Part shown: piece after piece, positions 31,663 through 45,400 of the stretch
How the letters are laid out: each line of letters opens with the position of its first letter
How positions within the stretch are numbered: the first letter of the stretch is position 1
Assembly: GCA_964016885.1 (NCBI GenBank)
Contig: OZ024744.1
Coordinates: 15,314,001 to 15,378,000, forward strand
Direction of reading: 5' to 3'
Source of the DNA: Eledone cirrhosa
Lineage: Eukaryota
DNA: 64,000 bases
Position numbers and translations under genes: made by a program
The notes under the pieces: generated by a model
The model's database searches: none
What the model was told of the DNA's origin: nothing
The model's input: the letters and a program-made list of their open reading frames with translations, nothing else

Positions 31663-34265
31663 ATTAGACACCACGCCATGATGCCTACCTATCTCACAAT
31701 TTCAATCCTGCCCACCCCCACACACCACCATAGGCTTTTCGACCAATCAAACCATAGCAACATGTCTTCACCATTACCAGCCACAACAAATTCTACCATC
31801 ACTACTATGGTCCTTCTAACCTTACACTAAATAATTATTGTTTATCGTTATCTATGGATGAGCTGAGGATAATGGTACAACCTCAAATAAATACATGAGT
31901 ATGAATCCACGAGTTACCAAGCACCCATGCTAAGCTTTAATTCAGAGACTGAAAGCATACACACTCTCCCACAAAAGTCCACCCATTCCCACAAGTAATG
32001 GCAAATGTCCAAAACTCTCTCACATATACACTCTCTCTCTCTCTCACATACACACTCTTCCACAAAGGTCCACCCATTCCCACAAATAATGGCAAATGTC
32101 CAAAACACTCTCACATATACACTCTCTCTCTCTCTCACATAAACACTCTCCCACAAAGGTCCACCCATTCCCACAAGTAATGGCAAATGTCCAAAACTCT
32201 CTCACATATACAGTCTCTCTCTCTCTCACATATACACTCTCCCACAAAAGTCCACCCATTCCCACAAGTAATGGCAAATGTCCAAAACTCTCTCACATAT
32301 ACACACTCTCTCTCTCACATACACACTCTCCCACAAAAGTCCACCCATTCCCACAAGTAATGGCAAATGTCCCAAACTCTCTCACATATACACTCTCTCT
32401 CTCTCTCACATACACACTCTCCCACAAAAGTCCACCCATTCCCACAAGTAATGGCAAATGTCCAAAACTCTCTCACATATACACTCTCTCTCTCTCTCAC
32501 ATACACACTCTCCCACAAAAGTCCACCCATTCCCACAAGTAATGGCACATGTCCAAAACTCTCTCACATATACACTCTCTCTCTCTCACATACACACTCT
32601 CCCACAAAAGTCCACCCATTCCCACAAGTAATGGCAAATGTCCAAAATTCTCTCACATATACACTCTCTCTCTCTCACATACACACTCTCCCACAAAAGT
32701 TCACCCATTCCCACAAGTAATGGCAAATGTCCAAAACTCTCTCACATATACACTCTCTCTCTCTCACATACACACCCTCCCACAAAAGTCCACCCATTCC
32801 CACAAGTAATGGCAAATGTCCAAAACTCTCTCACATATACACTCTCTCTCTCTCTCACATACACACTCTCCCACAAAAGTCCACCCATTCACACAAGTAA
32901 TGGCAAATGTGCAAAACTCTCTCACATATACACTCTCTCTCTCACATACACACTCTTCCACAAAAGTCCACCCATTCCCACAAGTAATGGCAAATGTCCA
33001 AAACTCTCTCACATATACACTCTCTCTCTCTCACATACACACTCTCCCACAAAGGTCCACCCATTCCCACAAGTAATGGCAAATGTCCAAAACTCTCTCA
33101 CATATACACTCTCTCTCTCTCTCTCACATACACACTCTCCCACAAAAGTCCACCCATTCCCACAAGTAATGGCAAATGTCCAAAACTCTCTCACATATAC
33201 ACTCTCTCTCTCACATACACTCTCCCACAAATGTCCACCCATTCCCACAAGTAATGGCAAATGTCCAAAACTCTCTCACATATACACTCTCTCCCTCTCA
33301 CATACACACTCTCCCACAAAAGTCCACCCATTCCCACAAGTAATGGCAAATGTCCAAAACTCTCTCACATATACACTCTCACTCTCTCTCTCTCACATAC
33401 ACACTCTCCCACAAAAGACCACCCATTCCCACAAGTAATGGCAAATGTCCAAAACTCTCTCACATATACACTCTCTCTCTCACATACACACTCTCCCACA
33501 AAAGTCCACCCATTCCCACAAGTAATGGCAAATGTCCAAAACTCTCTCATATATACACTCTCTCTCTCTCACATACACACTCTCCCACAAAAGTCCACCC
33601 ATTCCCACAAGTAATGACAAATGTCCAAAACTCTCTCACATATACACTCTCTCTCTCTCACATACACACTCTCCCACAAAAGTTCACCCATTCCCACAAG
33701 TAATGGCAAATATCCAAAACTCTCACATATACACTCTCTCTCTCTCACATACACACTCTCCCACAAAAGTTCACCCATTCCCACAAGTAATGGCAAATAT
33801 CCAAAACTCTCACATATACACTCTCTCTCTCTCTCACATACACACTCTCCCACAAAAGTCCACCCATTCCCACAAGTAATGGAAAATGTCCAAAACTGTC
33901 TCACATATACACTCTCTCTCACATACACACTCTCCCGCAAAAGTCCACCCATTCCCAGAAGTAATGGCAAAAGTCCAAAACTCTCTCACATATACACTCT
34001 CTCTCTCTCACATACACACTCTCCCACAAAAGTCCACCCATTCTCACAAGTAATGGCAAATGTCCAAAACTCTCTCACATATACACTCTCTCTCTCTCTC
34101 ACATACACACTCTCCCACAAAAGTCCACCCATTCCCACAAGTACTGGCAAATGTCCAAAACTCTCTCACATATACACTCTCTCTCTCTCTCACATACACA
34201 CTGTCCCACAAAAGTCCACCCATTCCAACAAGTAATGGCAAATGTCCAAAACTCTCTCACATATA

Positions 34266-34313
<48 letters not shown>

Positions 34314-37300
34314 TACACACTCTCCCACAAAAGTCCACCCATTCCCACAAGTAATGGCAAATGTCCAAAACTCTCTCACATATACACTCTCTCTCACATA
34401 CACACTCTCCCACAAAATTCCACCCATTCCCACAAGTAATGGCAAATGTCCAAAACTCTCTCACATATACACTCTCTCTCTCTCTCACATACACACTCTC
34501 CCACAAAACTCCACCCATTCCCACAAGTAATGGCAAATGTCCAAAACTCTCTCACATATACACTCTCTCTCTCTCTCACATACACACTCTCCCACAAAAG
34601 TCCACCCATTCCCACAAGTAATGGCAAATGTCCAAAACTCTCTCACATACACACTCTCCCACAAAAGTCCGCCCATTCCCACAAGTAGTGGCAAATGTCC
34701 CAAACTCTCTCACATATACACTCTCTCTCTCTCACATACACACTCTCCCACAAAAGTCCACCCATTCCCACAAGTAATGGCAAATGTCCAAAACTCTCTC
34801 ACATATACACTCTCTCTCTCTCTCACATACACACTCTCCCACAAAAGTCCACCCATTCCCACAAGTAATGGCAAATGTCCAAAACTCTCTCACATATACA
34901 CTCTCTCTCTCACATACACACTCTCCCACAAAAGTCCACCCATTCCCACAAGTAATGGCAAATGTCCAAAACTCTCTCACATATACACTCTCTCTCTCTC
35001 TCTCTCTCTCACATACACACTCTCCCACAAAAGTCCACCCATTCCCACAAGTAATGGCAAATGTCCAAAACTCTCTCACATATACACTCTCTCTCTCTCA
35101 CATACACACTCTCCCACAAAAGTCCACCCATTCCCACAAGTAATGGCAAATATCCAAAACTCTCTCACATATACACTCTCTCTCTCTCACATACACACTC
35201 TCCCACAAAAGTCCACCCATTCCCACAAGTAATGGAAAATGTCCAAAACTCTCTCACATATACACTCTCTCTCTCTCACATACACACTCTCCCACAAAAG
35301 TCCACCCATTCCCACTAGTAATGGCAAATGTCCAAAACTCTCTCACATATACACTCTCTCTCACATACACACTCTCCCACAAAAGTCCACCCATTCCCCA
35401 AGTAATGGCAAATGTCCAAAACTCTCTCACATATACACTCTCTCTCTCTCACATACACACTCTCCCACAAAAGTCCACCCATTCCCACAAGTAATGGCAA
35501 ATGTCCAAAACTCTCTCACATATACACTCTCTCTCTCTCTCACATACACACTCTCCCACAAAAGTCCACCCATTCCCACAAGTAATGGCAAATGTCCAAA
35601 ACTCTCTCACATACACACTCTCCCACAAAAGTCCACCCATTCCCACAAGTAATGGCAAATGTCCAAAACTCTCTCACATATACACTCTCTCTCTCTCACA
35701 TACACACTCTCCCACAAAAGTCCACCCATTCCCACTAGTAATGGCAAATGTCCAAAACTCTCTCACATATGCACTCTCTCTCACATACACACTCTCCCAC
35801 AAAAGTCCACCCATTCCCACAAGTAATGGCAAATGTCCAAAACTCTCTCACATATACACTCTCTCTCTCTCACAAAAGTCCACCCATTCCCACAAGTAAT
35901 GGCAAATGTCCAAAACTCTCTCACATATACACTCTCTCTCTCTCTCACATACACACTCTCCCACAAAAGTCCACCCATTCCCACAAGTAATGGCAAATGT
36001 CCAAAACTCTCTCACATACACACTCTCCCACAAAAGTCCACCCATTCCCACAAGTAGTGGCAAATATCCAAAACTCTCTCACATCTACACTCTCTCTCTC
36101 TCACATACACCACTCTCCCACAAAAGTCCACCCATTCTCACAAGTAATGGCAAATGTCCAAAACTCTCTCACATATACACTCTCTCTCTCTCTCACATAC
36201 ACACTCTCCCACAAAAGTCCACCCATTCCCACAAGTAATGGCAAATGTCCAAAACTCTCTCACATATACACTCTCTCTCACATACACACTCTCCCACAAA
36301 AGTCCACCCATTCCCACAAGTAATGGCAAATGTCCAAAACTCTCTCACATATACACTCTCTCTCTCTCACAAAAGTCCACCCATTCCCACAAGTAATGAC
36401 AAATGTCCAAAACTCTCTCACATATACACTCTCTCTCTCTCTCACATACACACTCTCCCACAAAAGTCCACCCATTCCCACAAGTAATGGCAAATGTCCA
36501 AAACTCTCTCACATATACACTCTCTCTCTCTCACATACACACTCTCCCACAAAAGTCCACCCATTCCCACAAGTAATGGCAAATGTCCAAAACTCTCTCA
36601 CATATACACTCTCTCTCTCTCTCTCTCTCACATACACTCTCCCACAAAAGTCCACCCATTCCCACAAGTAATGGCAAATGTCCAAAACTCTCTCACATAC
36701 ACACTCTCCCACAAAAGTCCACCCATTCCCACAAGTAATGGCAAATGTCCAAAACTCTCTCACATATACACTCTCTCTCTCTCACATACACACTCTCCCA
36801 CAAAAGTCCACCCATTCCCACTAGTAATGGCAAATGTCCAAAACTCTCTCACATATGCACTCTCTCTCACATACACACTCTCCCACAAAAGTCCACCCAT
36901 TCCCACAAGTAATGGCAAATGTCAAAAACTCTCTCACATATACACTCTCTCTCTCTCACAAAAGTCCACCCATTCCCACAAGTAATGGCAAATGTCCAAA
37001 ACTCTCTCACATATACACTCTCTCTCTCTCTCACATACACACTCTCCCACAAAAGTCCACCCATTCCCACAAGTAATGGCAAATGTCCAAAACTCTCTCA
37101 CATACACACTCTCCCACAAAAGTCCACCCATTCCCACAAGTAGTGGCAAATGTCCAAAACTCTCTCACATCTACACTCTCTCTCTCTCACATACACACTC
37201 TCCCACAAAAGTCCACCCATTCTCACAAGTAATGGCAAATGTCCAAAACTCTCTCACATATACACTCTCTCTCTCTCTCACATACACACTCTCCCACAAA

Positions 37301-39430
37301 AGTCCACCCATTCCCACAAGTAATGGCAAATGTCCAAAACTCTCTCACATATACACTCTCTCTCTCACATACACACTCTCCCACAAAAGTCCACCCATTC
37401 CCACAAGTAATGGCAAATGTCCAAAACTCTCTCACATATACACTCTCTCTCTCTCACATACACACTCTCCCACAAAAGTCCACCCATTCCAACAAGTAAT
37501 GGCAAATGTCCAAAACTCTCTCACATATACACTCTCTCTCTCTCACTCTCTCTCTCTCTCACATACACACTCTCCCACAAAAGTCCACCCATTCCCACAA
37601 GTAATGGCAAATGTCCAAAACTCTCTCACATATACACTCTCTCTCTCTCACATACACACTCTCCCACAAAAGTCCACCCATTCCCACTAGTAATGGCAAA
37701 TGTCCAAAACTCTCTCACATATACACTCTCTCTCACATACACACTCTCCCACAAAAGTCCACCCATTCCCACAAGTAATGGCAAATGTCCAAAACTCTCT
37801 CACATATACACTCTCTCTCTCTCACAAAAGTCCACCCATTCCCACAAGTAATGACAAATGTCCAAAACTCTCTCACATATACACTCTCTCTCTCTCACAT
37901 ACACACTCTCCCACAAAAGTCCACCCATTCCCACAAGTAATGGCAAATGTCCAAAACTCTCTCACATATACACTCTCTCTCTCTCACATACACACTCTCC
38001 CACAAAAGTCCACCCATTCCCACAAGTAATGGCAAATGTCCAATACTCTCTCACATATACACTCTCTCTCTCTCACATACACACTCTCCCACAAAAGTCC
38101 ACCCATTCCCATAAGTAATGGCAAATGTCCAAAACTCTCTCACATATACACTCTCTCTCTCTCACATACACACTCTCCCACAAAAGTCCACCCATTCCCA
38201 CAAGTAATGGCAAATGTCCAAAACTCTCTCACATATACACTCTCTCTCCCTCTCACATACACACTCTCCCACAAAAGTCCACCCATTCCCACAAGTAATG
38301 GCAAATATCCAAAACTCTCACATATACACTCTCTCTCTCTCTCACATACACACTCTCCCACAAAAGTCCACCCATTCCCACAAGTAATGGAAAATGTCCA
38401 AAACTGTCTCACATATACACTCTCTCTCACATACACACTCTCCCACAAAAGTCCACCCATTCCCACAAGTAATGGCAAAAGTCCAAAACTCTCTCACATA
38501 TACACTCTCTCTCTCTCACATACACACTCTCCCACAAAAGTCCACCCATTCTCACAAGTAATGGCAAATGTCCAAAACTCTCTCACATATACACTCTCTC
38601 TCTCTCTCTCACATACACACTCTCCCACAAAAGTCCACCCATTCCCACAAGTAATGGCAAATGTCCAAAACTCTCTCACATATACACTCTCTCTCTCTCT
38701 CACATACAGACTCTCCCACAAAAGTCCACGCATTCCCACAAGTAATGGCAAATGTCCAAAACTCTCTCACATATACACTCTCTCTCTCTCACATACACAC
38801 TCTCCCACAAAAGTCCACCCATTCCAACAAGTAATGGCAAATGTCCAAAACTCTCTCACATATACACTCTCTCTCTCTCTCTCTCTCACATACACACTCT
38901 CCCACAAAAGTCCACCCATTCCCACAAGTAATGGCAAATGTCCAAAACTCTCTCACATATACACTCTCTCTCACATACACACTCTCCCACAAAAGTCCAC
39001 CCATTCCCACTAGTAATGGCAAATGTCCAAAACTCTCTCACATATACACTCTCTCTCACATACACACTCTCCCACAAAAGTCCACCCATTCCCACAAGTA
39101 ATGGCAAATGTCCAAAACTCTCTCACATATACACTCTCTCTCTCTCACATACACACTCTCCCACAAAAGTCCACCCATTCCCACAAGTAATGGCAAATGT
39201 CCAAAACTCTCTCACATATACACTCTCTCTCTCACTCACATACACACTCTCCCACAAAAGTCCACCCATTCCCACAAGTAATGGCAAATGTCCAAAACTC
39301 TCTCACATACACACTCTCCCACAAAAGTCCACCCATTCCCACAAGTAATGGCAAATGTCCAAAACTCTCTCACATATACACTCTCTCTCTCTCACATACA
39401 CACTCTCCCACAAAAGTCCACCCATTCCCA

Positions 39431-42400
39431 CTAGTAATGGCAAATGTCCAAAACTCTCTCACATATGCACTCTCTCTCACATACACACTCTCCCACAAAA
39501 GTCCACCCATTCCCACAAGTAATGGCAAATGTCCAAAACTCTCTCACATATACACTCTCTCTCTCTCTCACATACACACTCTCCCACAAAAGTCCACCCA
39601 TTCCCACAAGTAATGGCAAATGTCCAAAACTCTCTCACATACACACTCTCCCACAAAAGTCCACCCATTCCCACAAGTAGTGGCAAATGTCCAAAACTCT
39701 CTCACATCTACACTCTCTCTCTCTCACATACACACTCTCCCACAAAAGTCCACCCATTCTCACAAGTAATGGCAAATGTCCAAAACTCTCTCACATATAC
39801 ACTCTCTCTCTCTCTCACATACACACTCTCCCACAAAAGTCCACCCATTCCCACAAGTAATGGCAAATGTCCAAAACTCTCTCACATATACACTCTCTCT
39901 CTCTCTCACATACACACTCTCCCACAAAAGTCCACCAATTCCCACAAGTAATGGCAAATGTCCAAAACTCTCTCACATATACACTCTCTCTCTCTCACAT
40001 ACACACTCTCCCACAAAAGTCCACCCATTCCAACAAGTAATGGCAAATGTCCAAAACTCTCTCACATATACACTCTCTCTCTCTCTCTCTCTCACTCTCT
40101 CTCTCTCTCACATACACACTCTCCCACAAAAGTCCACCCATTCCCACAAGTAATGGCAAATGTCCAAAACTCTCTCACATATACACTCTCTCTCTCTCAC
40201 ATACACACTCTCCCACAAAAGTCCACCCATTCCCACTAGTAATGGCAAATGTCCAAAACTCTCTCACATATACACTCTCTCTCACATACACACTCTCCCA
40301 CAAAAGTCCACCCATTCCCACAAGTAATGGCAAATGTCCAAAACTCTCTCACATATACACTCTCTCTCTCTCACATACACACTCTCCCACAAAAGACCAC
40401 CCATTCCCACAAGTAATGGCAAATGTCCAAAACTCTCTCACATATACACTCTCTCTCTCTCTCTCACATACACACTCTCCCACAAAAGTCCACCCATTCC
40501 CACAAGTAATGGCAAATGTCCAAAACTCTCTCACATATACACTCTCTCTCTCTCACATACACACTCTCCCACAAAAGTCCACCCATTCCCACTAGTAATG
40601 GCAAATGTCCAAAACTCTCTCACATATGCACTCTCTCTCACATACACACTCTCCCACAAAAGTCCACCCATTCCCACAAGTAATGGCAAATGTCAAAAAC
40701 TCTCTCACATATACACTCTCTCTCTCTCACAAAAGTCCACCCATTCCCACAAGTAATGGCAAATGTCCAAAACTCTCTCACATATACACTCTCTCTCTCT
40801 CTCACATACACACTCTCCCACAAAAGTCCACCCATTCCCACAAGTAATGGCAAATGTCCAAAACTCTCTCACATACACACTCTCCCACAAAAGTCCACCC
40901 ATTCCCACAAGTAGTGGCAAATGTCCAAAACTCTCTCACATCTACACTCTCTCTCTCTCACATACACACTCTCCCACAAAAGTCCACCCATTCTCACAAG
41001 TAATGGCAAATGTCCAAAACTCTCTCACATATACACTCTCTCTCTCTCTCACATACACACTCTCCCACAAAAGTCCACCCATTCCCACAAGTAATGGCAA
41101 ATGTCCAAAACTCTCTCACATATACACTCTCTCTCTCACATACACACTCTCCCACAAAATCCACCCATTCCCACAAGTAATGGCAAATGTCCAAAACTCT
41201 CTCACATATACACTCTCTCTCTCTCACATACACACTCTCCCACAAAAGTCCACCCATTCCAACAAGTAATGGCAAATGTCCAAAACTCTCTCACATATAC
41301 ACTCTCTCTCTCTCTCTCACTCTCTCTCTCTCTCACATACACACTCTCCCACAAAAGTCCACCCATTCCCACAAGTAATGGCAAATGTCCAAAACTCTCT
41401 CACATATACACTCTCTCTCTCTCACATACACACTCTCCCACAAAAGTCCACCCATTCCCACTAGTAATGGCAAATGTCCAAAACTCTCTCACATATACAC
41501 TCTCTCTCACATACACACTCTCCCACAAAAGTCCACCCATTCCCACAAGTAATGGCAAATGTCCAAAACTCTCTCACATATACACTCTCTCTCTCTCACA
41601 AAAGTCCACCCATTCCCACAAGTAATGACAAATGTCCAAAACTCTCTCACATATACACTCTCTCTCTCTCACATACACACTCTCCCACAAAAGTCCACCC
41701 ATTCCCACAAGTAATGGCAAACGTCCAAAACTCTCTCACATATACACTCTCTCTCTCTCACATACACACTCTCCCACAAAAGTCCACCCATTCCCACAAG
41801 TAATGGCAAATGTCCAATACTCTCTCACATATACACTCTCTCTCTCTCACATACACACTCTCCCACAAAAGTCCACCCATTCCCACAAGTAATGGCAAAT
41901 GTCCAAAACTCTCTCACATATACACTCTCTCTCTCTCACATACACACTCTCCCACAAAAGTCCACCCATTCCCACAAGTAATGGCAAATGTCCAAAACTC
42001 TCTCACATATACACTCTCTCTCCCTCTCACATACACACTCTCCCACAAAAGTCCACCCATTCCCACAAGTAATGGCAAATATCCAAAACTCTCACATATA
42101 CACTCTCTCTCTCTCTCACATACACACTCTCCCACAAAAGTCCACCCATTCCCACAAGTAATGGAAAATGTCCAAAACTGTCTCACATATACACTCTCTC
42201 TCACATACACACTCTCCCACAAAAGTCCACCCATTCCCACAAGTAATGGCAAAAGTCCAAAACTCTCTCACATATACACTCTCTCTCTCTCTCACATACA
42301 CACTCTCCCACAAAAGTCCACCCATTCTCACAAGTAATGGCAAATGTCCAAAACTCTCTCACATATACACTCTCTCTCTCTCTCTCACATACACACTCTC

Positions 42401-45400
42401 CCACAAAAGTCCACCCATTCCCACAAGTAATGGCAAATGTCCAAAACTCTCTCACATATACACTCTCTCTCTCTCTCACATACACACTCTCCCACAAAAG
42501 TCCACGCATTCCCACAAGTAATGGCAAATGTCCAAAACTCTCTCACATATACACTCTCTCTCTCTCACATACACACTCTCCCACAAAAGTCCACCCATTC
42601 CAACAAGTAATGGCAAATGTCCAAAACTCTCTCACATATACACTCTCTCTCTCTCTCTCTCTCACATACACACTCTCCCACAAAAGTCCACCCATTCCCA
42701 CAAGTAATGGCAAATGTCCAAAACTCTCTCACATATACACTCTCTCTCTCTCACATACACACTCTCCCACAAAAGTCCACCCATTCCCACTAGTAATGGC
42801 AAATGTCCAAAACTCTCTCACATATACACTCTCTCTCACATACACACTCTCCCACAAAAGTCCACCCATTCCCACAAGTAATGGCAAATGTCCAAAACTC
42901 TCTCACATATACACTCTCTCTCTCTCACATACACACTCTCCCACAAAAGTCCACCCATTCCCACAAGTAATGGCAAATGTCCAAAACTCTCTCACATATA
43001 CACTCTCTCTCTCACTCACATACACACTCTCCCACAAAAGTCCACCCATTCCCACATGTAATGGCAAATGTCCAAAACTCTCTCACATACACACTCTCCC
43101 ACAAAAGTCCACCCATTCCCACAAGTAATGGCAAATGTCCAAAACTCTCTCACATATACACTCTCTCTCTCTCACATACACACTCTCCCACAAAAGTCCA
43201 CCCATTCCCACTAGTAATGGCAAATGTCCAAAACTCTCTCACATATGCACTCTCTCTCACATACACACTCTCCCACAAAAGTCCACCCATTCCCACAAGT
43301 AATGGCAAATGTCCAAAACTCTCTCACATATACACTCTCTCTCTCTCACAAAAGTCCACCCATTCCCACAAGTAATGGCAAATGTCCAAAACTCTCTCAC
43401 ATATACACTCTCTCTCTCTCTCACATACACACTCTCCCACAAAAGTCCACCCATTCCCACAAGTAATGGCAAATGTCCAAAACTCTCTCACATACACACT
43501 CTCCCACAAAAGTCCACCCATTCCCACAAGTAGTGGCAAATGTCCAAAACTCTCTCACATCTACACTCTCTCTCTCTCACATACACACTCTCCCACAAAA
43601 GTCCACCCATTCTCACAAGTAATGGCAAATGTCCAAAACTCTCTCACATATACACTCTCTCTCTCTCTCACATACACACTCTCCCACAAAAGTCCACCCA
43701 TTCCCACAAGTAATGGCAAATGTCCAAAACTCTCTCACATATACACTCTCTCTCTCTCTCACATACACACTCTCCCACAAAAGTCCACCAATTCCCACAA
43801 GTAATGGCAAATGTCCAAAACTCTCTCACATATACACTCTCTCTCTCTCACATACACATTCTCCCACAAAAGTCCACCCATTCCAACAAGTAATGGCAAA
43901 TGTCCAAAACTCTCTCACATATACACTCTCTCTCTCTCTCACTCTCTCTCTCTCTCACATACACACTCTCCCACAAAAGTCCACCCATTCCCACAAGTAA
44001 TGGCAAATGTCCAAAACTCTCTCACATATACACTCTCTCTCTCTCACATACACACTCTCCCACAAAAGTCCACCCATTCCCACTAGTAATGGCAAATGTC
44101 CAAAACTCTCTCACATATACACTCTCTCTCACATACACACTCTCCCACAAAAGTCCACCCATTCCCACAAGTAATAGCAAATGTCCAAAACTCTCTCACA
44201 TATACACTCTCTCTCTCTCACAAAAGTCCACCCATTCCCACAAGTAATGACAAATGTCCAAAACTCACTCACATATACACTCTCTCTCTCTCACATACAC
44301 ACTCTCCCACAAAAGTCCACCCATTCCCACAAGTAATGGCAAATGTCCAATACTCTCTCACATATACACTCTCTCTCTCTCACATACACACTCTCCCACA
44401 AAAGTCCACCCATTCCCACAAGTAATGGCAAATGTCCAAAACTCTCTCACATATACACTCTCTCTCTCTCACATACACACTCTCCCACAAAAGTCCACCC
44501 ATTCCCACAAGTAATGGCAAATGTCCAAAACTCTCTCACATATACACTCTCTCTCCCTCTCACATACACACTCTCCCACAAAAGTCCACCCATTCCCACA
44601 AGTAATGGCAAATATCCAAAACTCTCACATATACACTCTCTCTCTCTCTCACATACACACTCTCCCACAAAAGTCCACCCATTCCCACAAGTAATGGAAA
44701 ATGTCCAAAACTGTCTCACATATACACTCTCTCTCACATACACACTCTCCCACAAAAGTCCACCCATTCCCACAAGTAATGGCAAAAGTCCAAAACTCTC
44801 TCACATATACACTCTCTCTCTCACATACACACTCTCCCACAAAAGTCCACCCATTCTCACAAGTAATGGCAAATGTCCAAAACTCTCTCACATATACACT
44901 CTCTCTCTCTCTCTCTCACATACACACTCTCCCACAAAAGTCCACCCATTCCCACAAGTAATGGCAAATGTCCAAAACTCTCTCACATATACACTCTCTC
45001 TCTCTCTCACATACACACTCTCCCACAAAAGTCCACGCATTCCCACAAGTAATGGCAAATGTCCAAAACTCTCTCACATATACACTCTCTCTCTCTCACA
45101 TACACACTCTCCCACAAAAGTCCACCCATTCCAACAAGTAATGGCAAATGTCCAAAACACTCTCACATATACACTCTCTCTCTCTCTCTCTCTCACATAC
45201 ACACTCTCCCACAAAAGTCCACCCATTCCCACAAGTAATGGCAAATGTCCAAAACTCTCTCACATATACACTCTCTCTCTCTCACATACACACTCTCCCA
45301 CAAAAGTCCACCCATTCCCACTAGTAATGGCAAATGTCCAAAACTCTCTCACATATACACTCTCTCTCACATACACACTCTCCCACAAAAGTCCACCCAT

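Noticed and set aside
29428-31830. Short ORFs (60-112 aa) listed in the island
   Set aside because: They overlap the minisatellite, Helitron, SINE or simple repeats, have low-complexity composition and show no recognisable motifs, including no Rep or helicase motifs.
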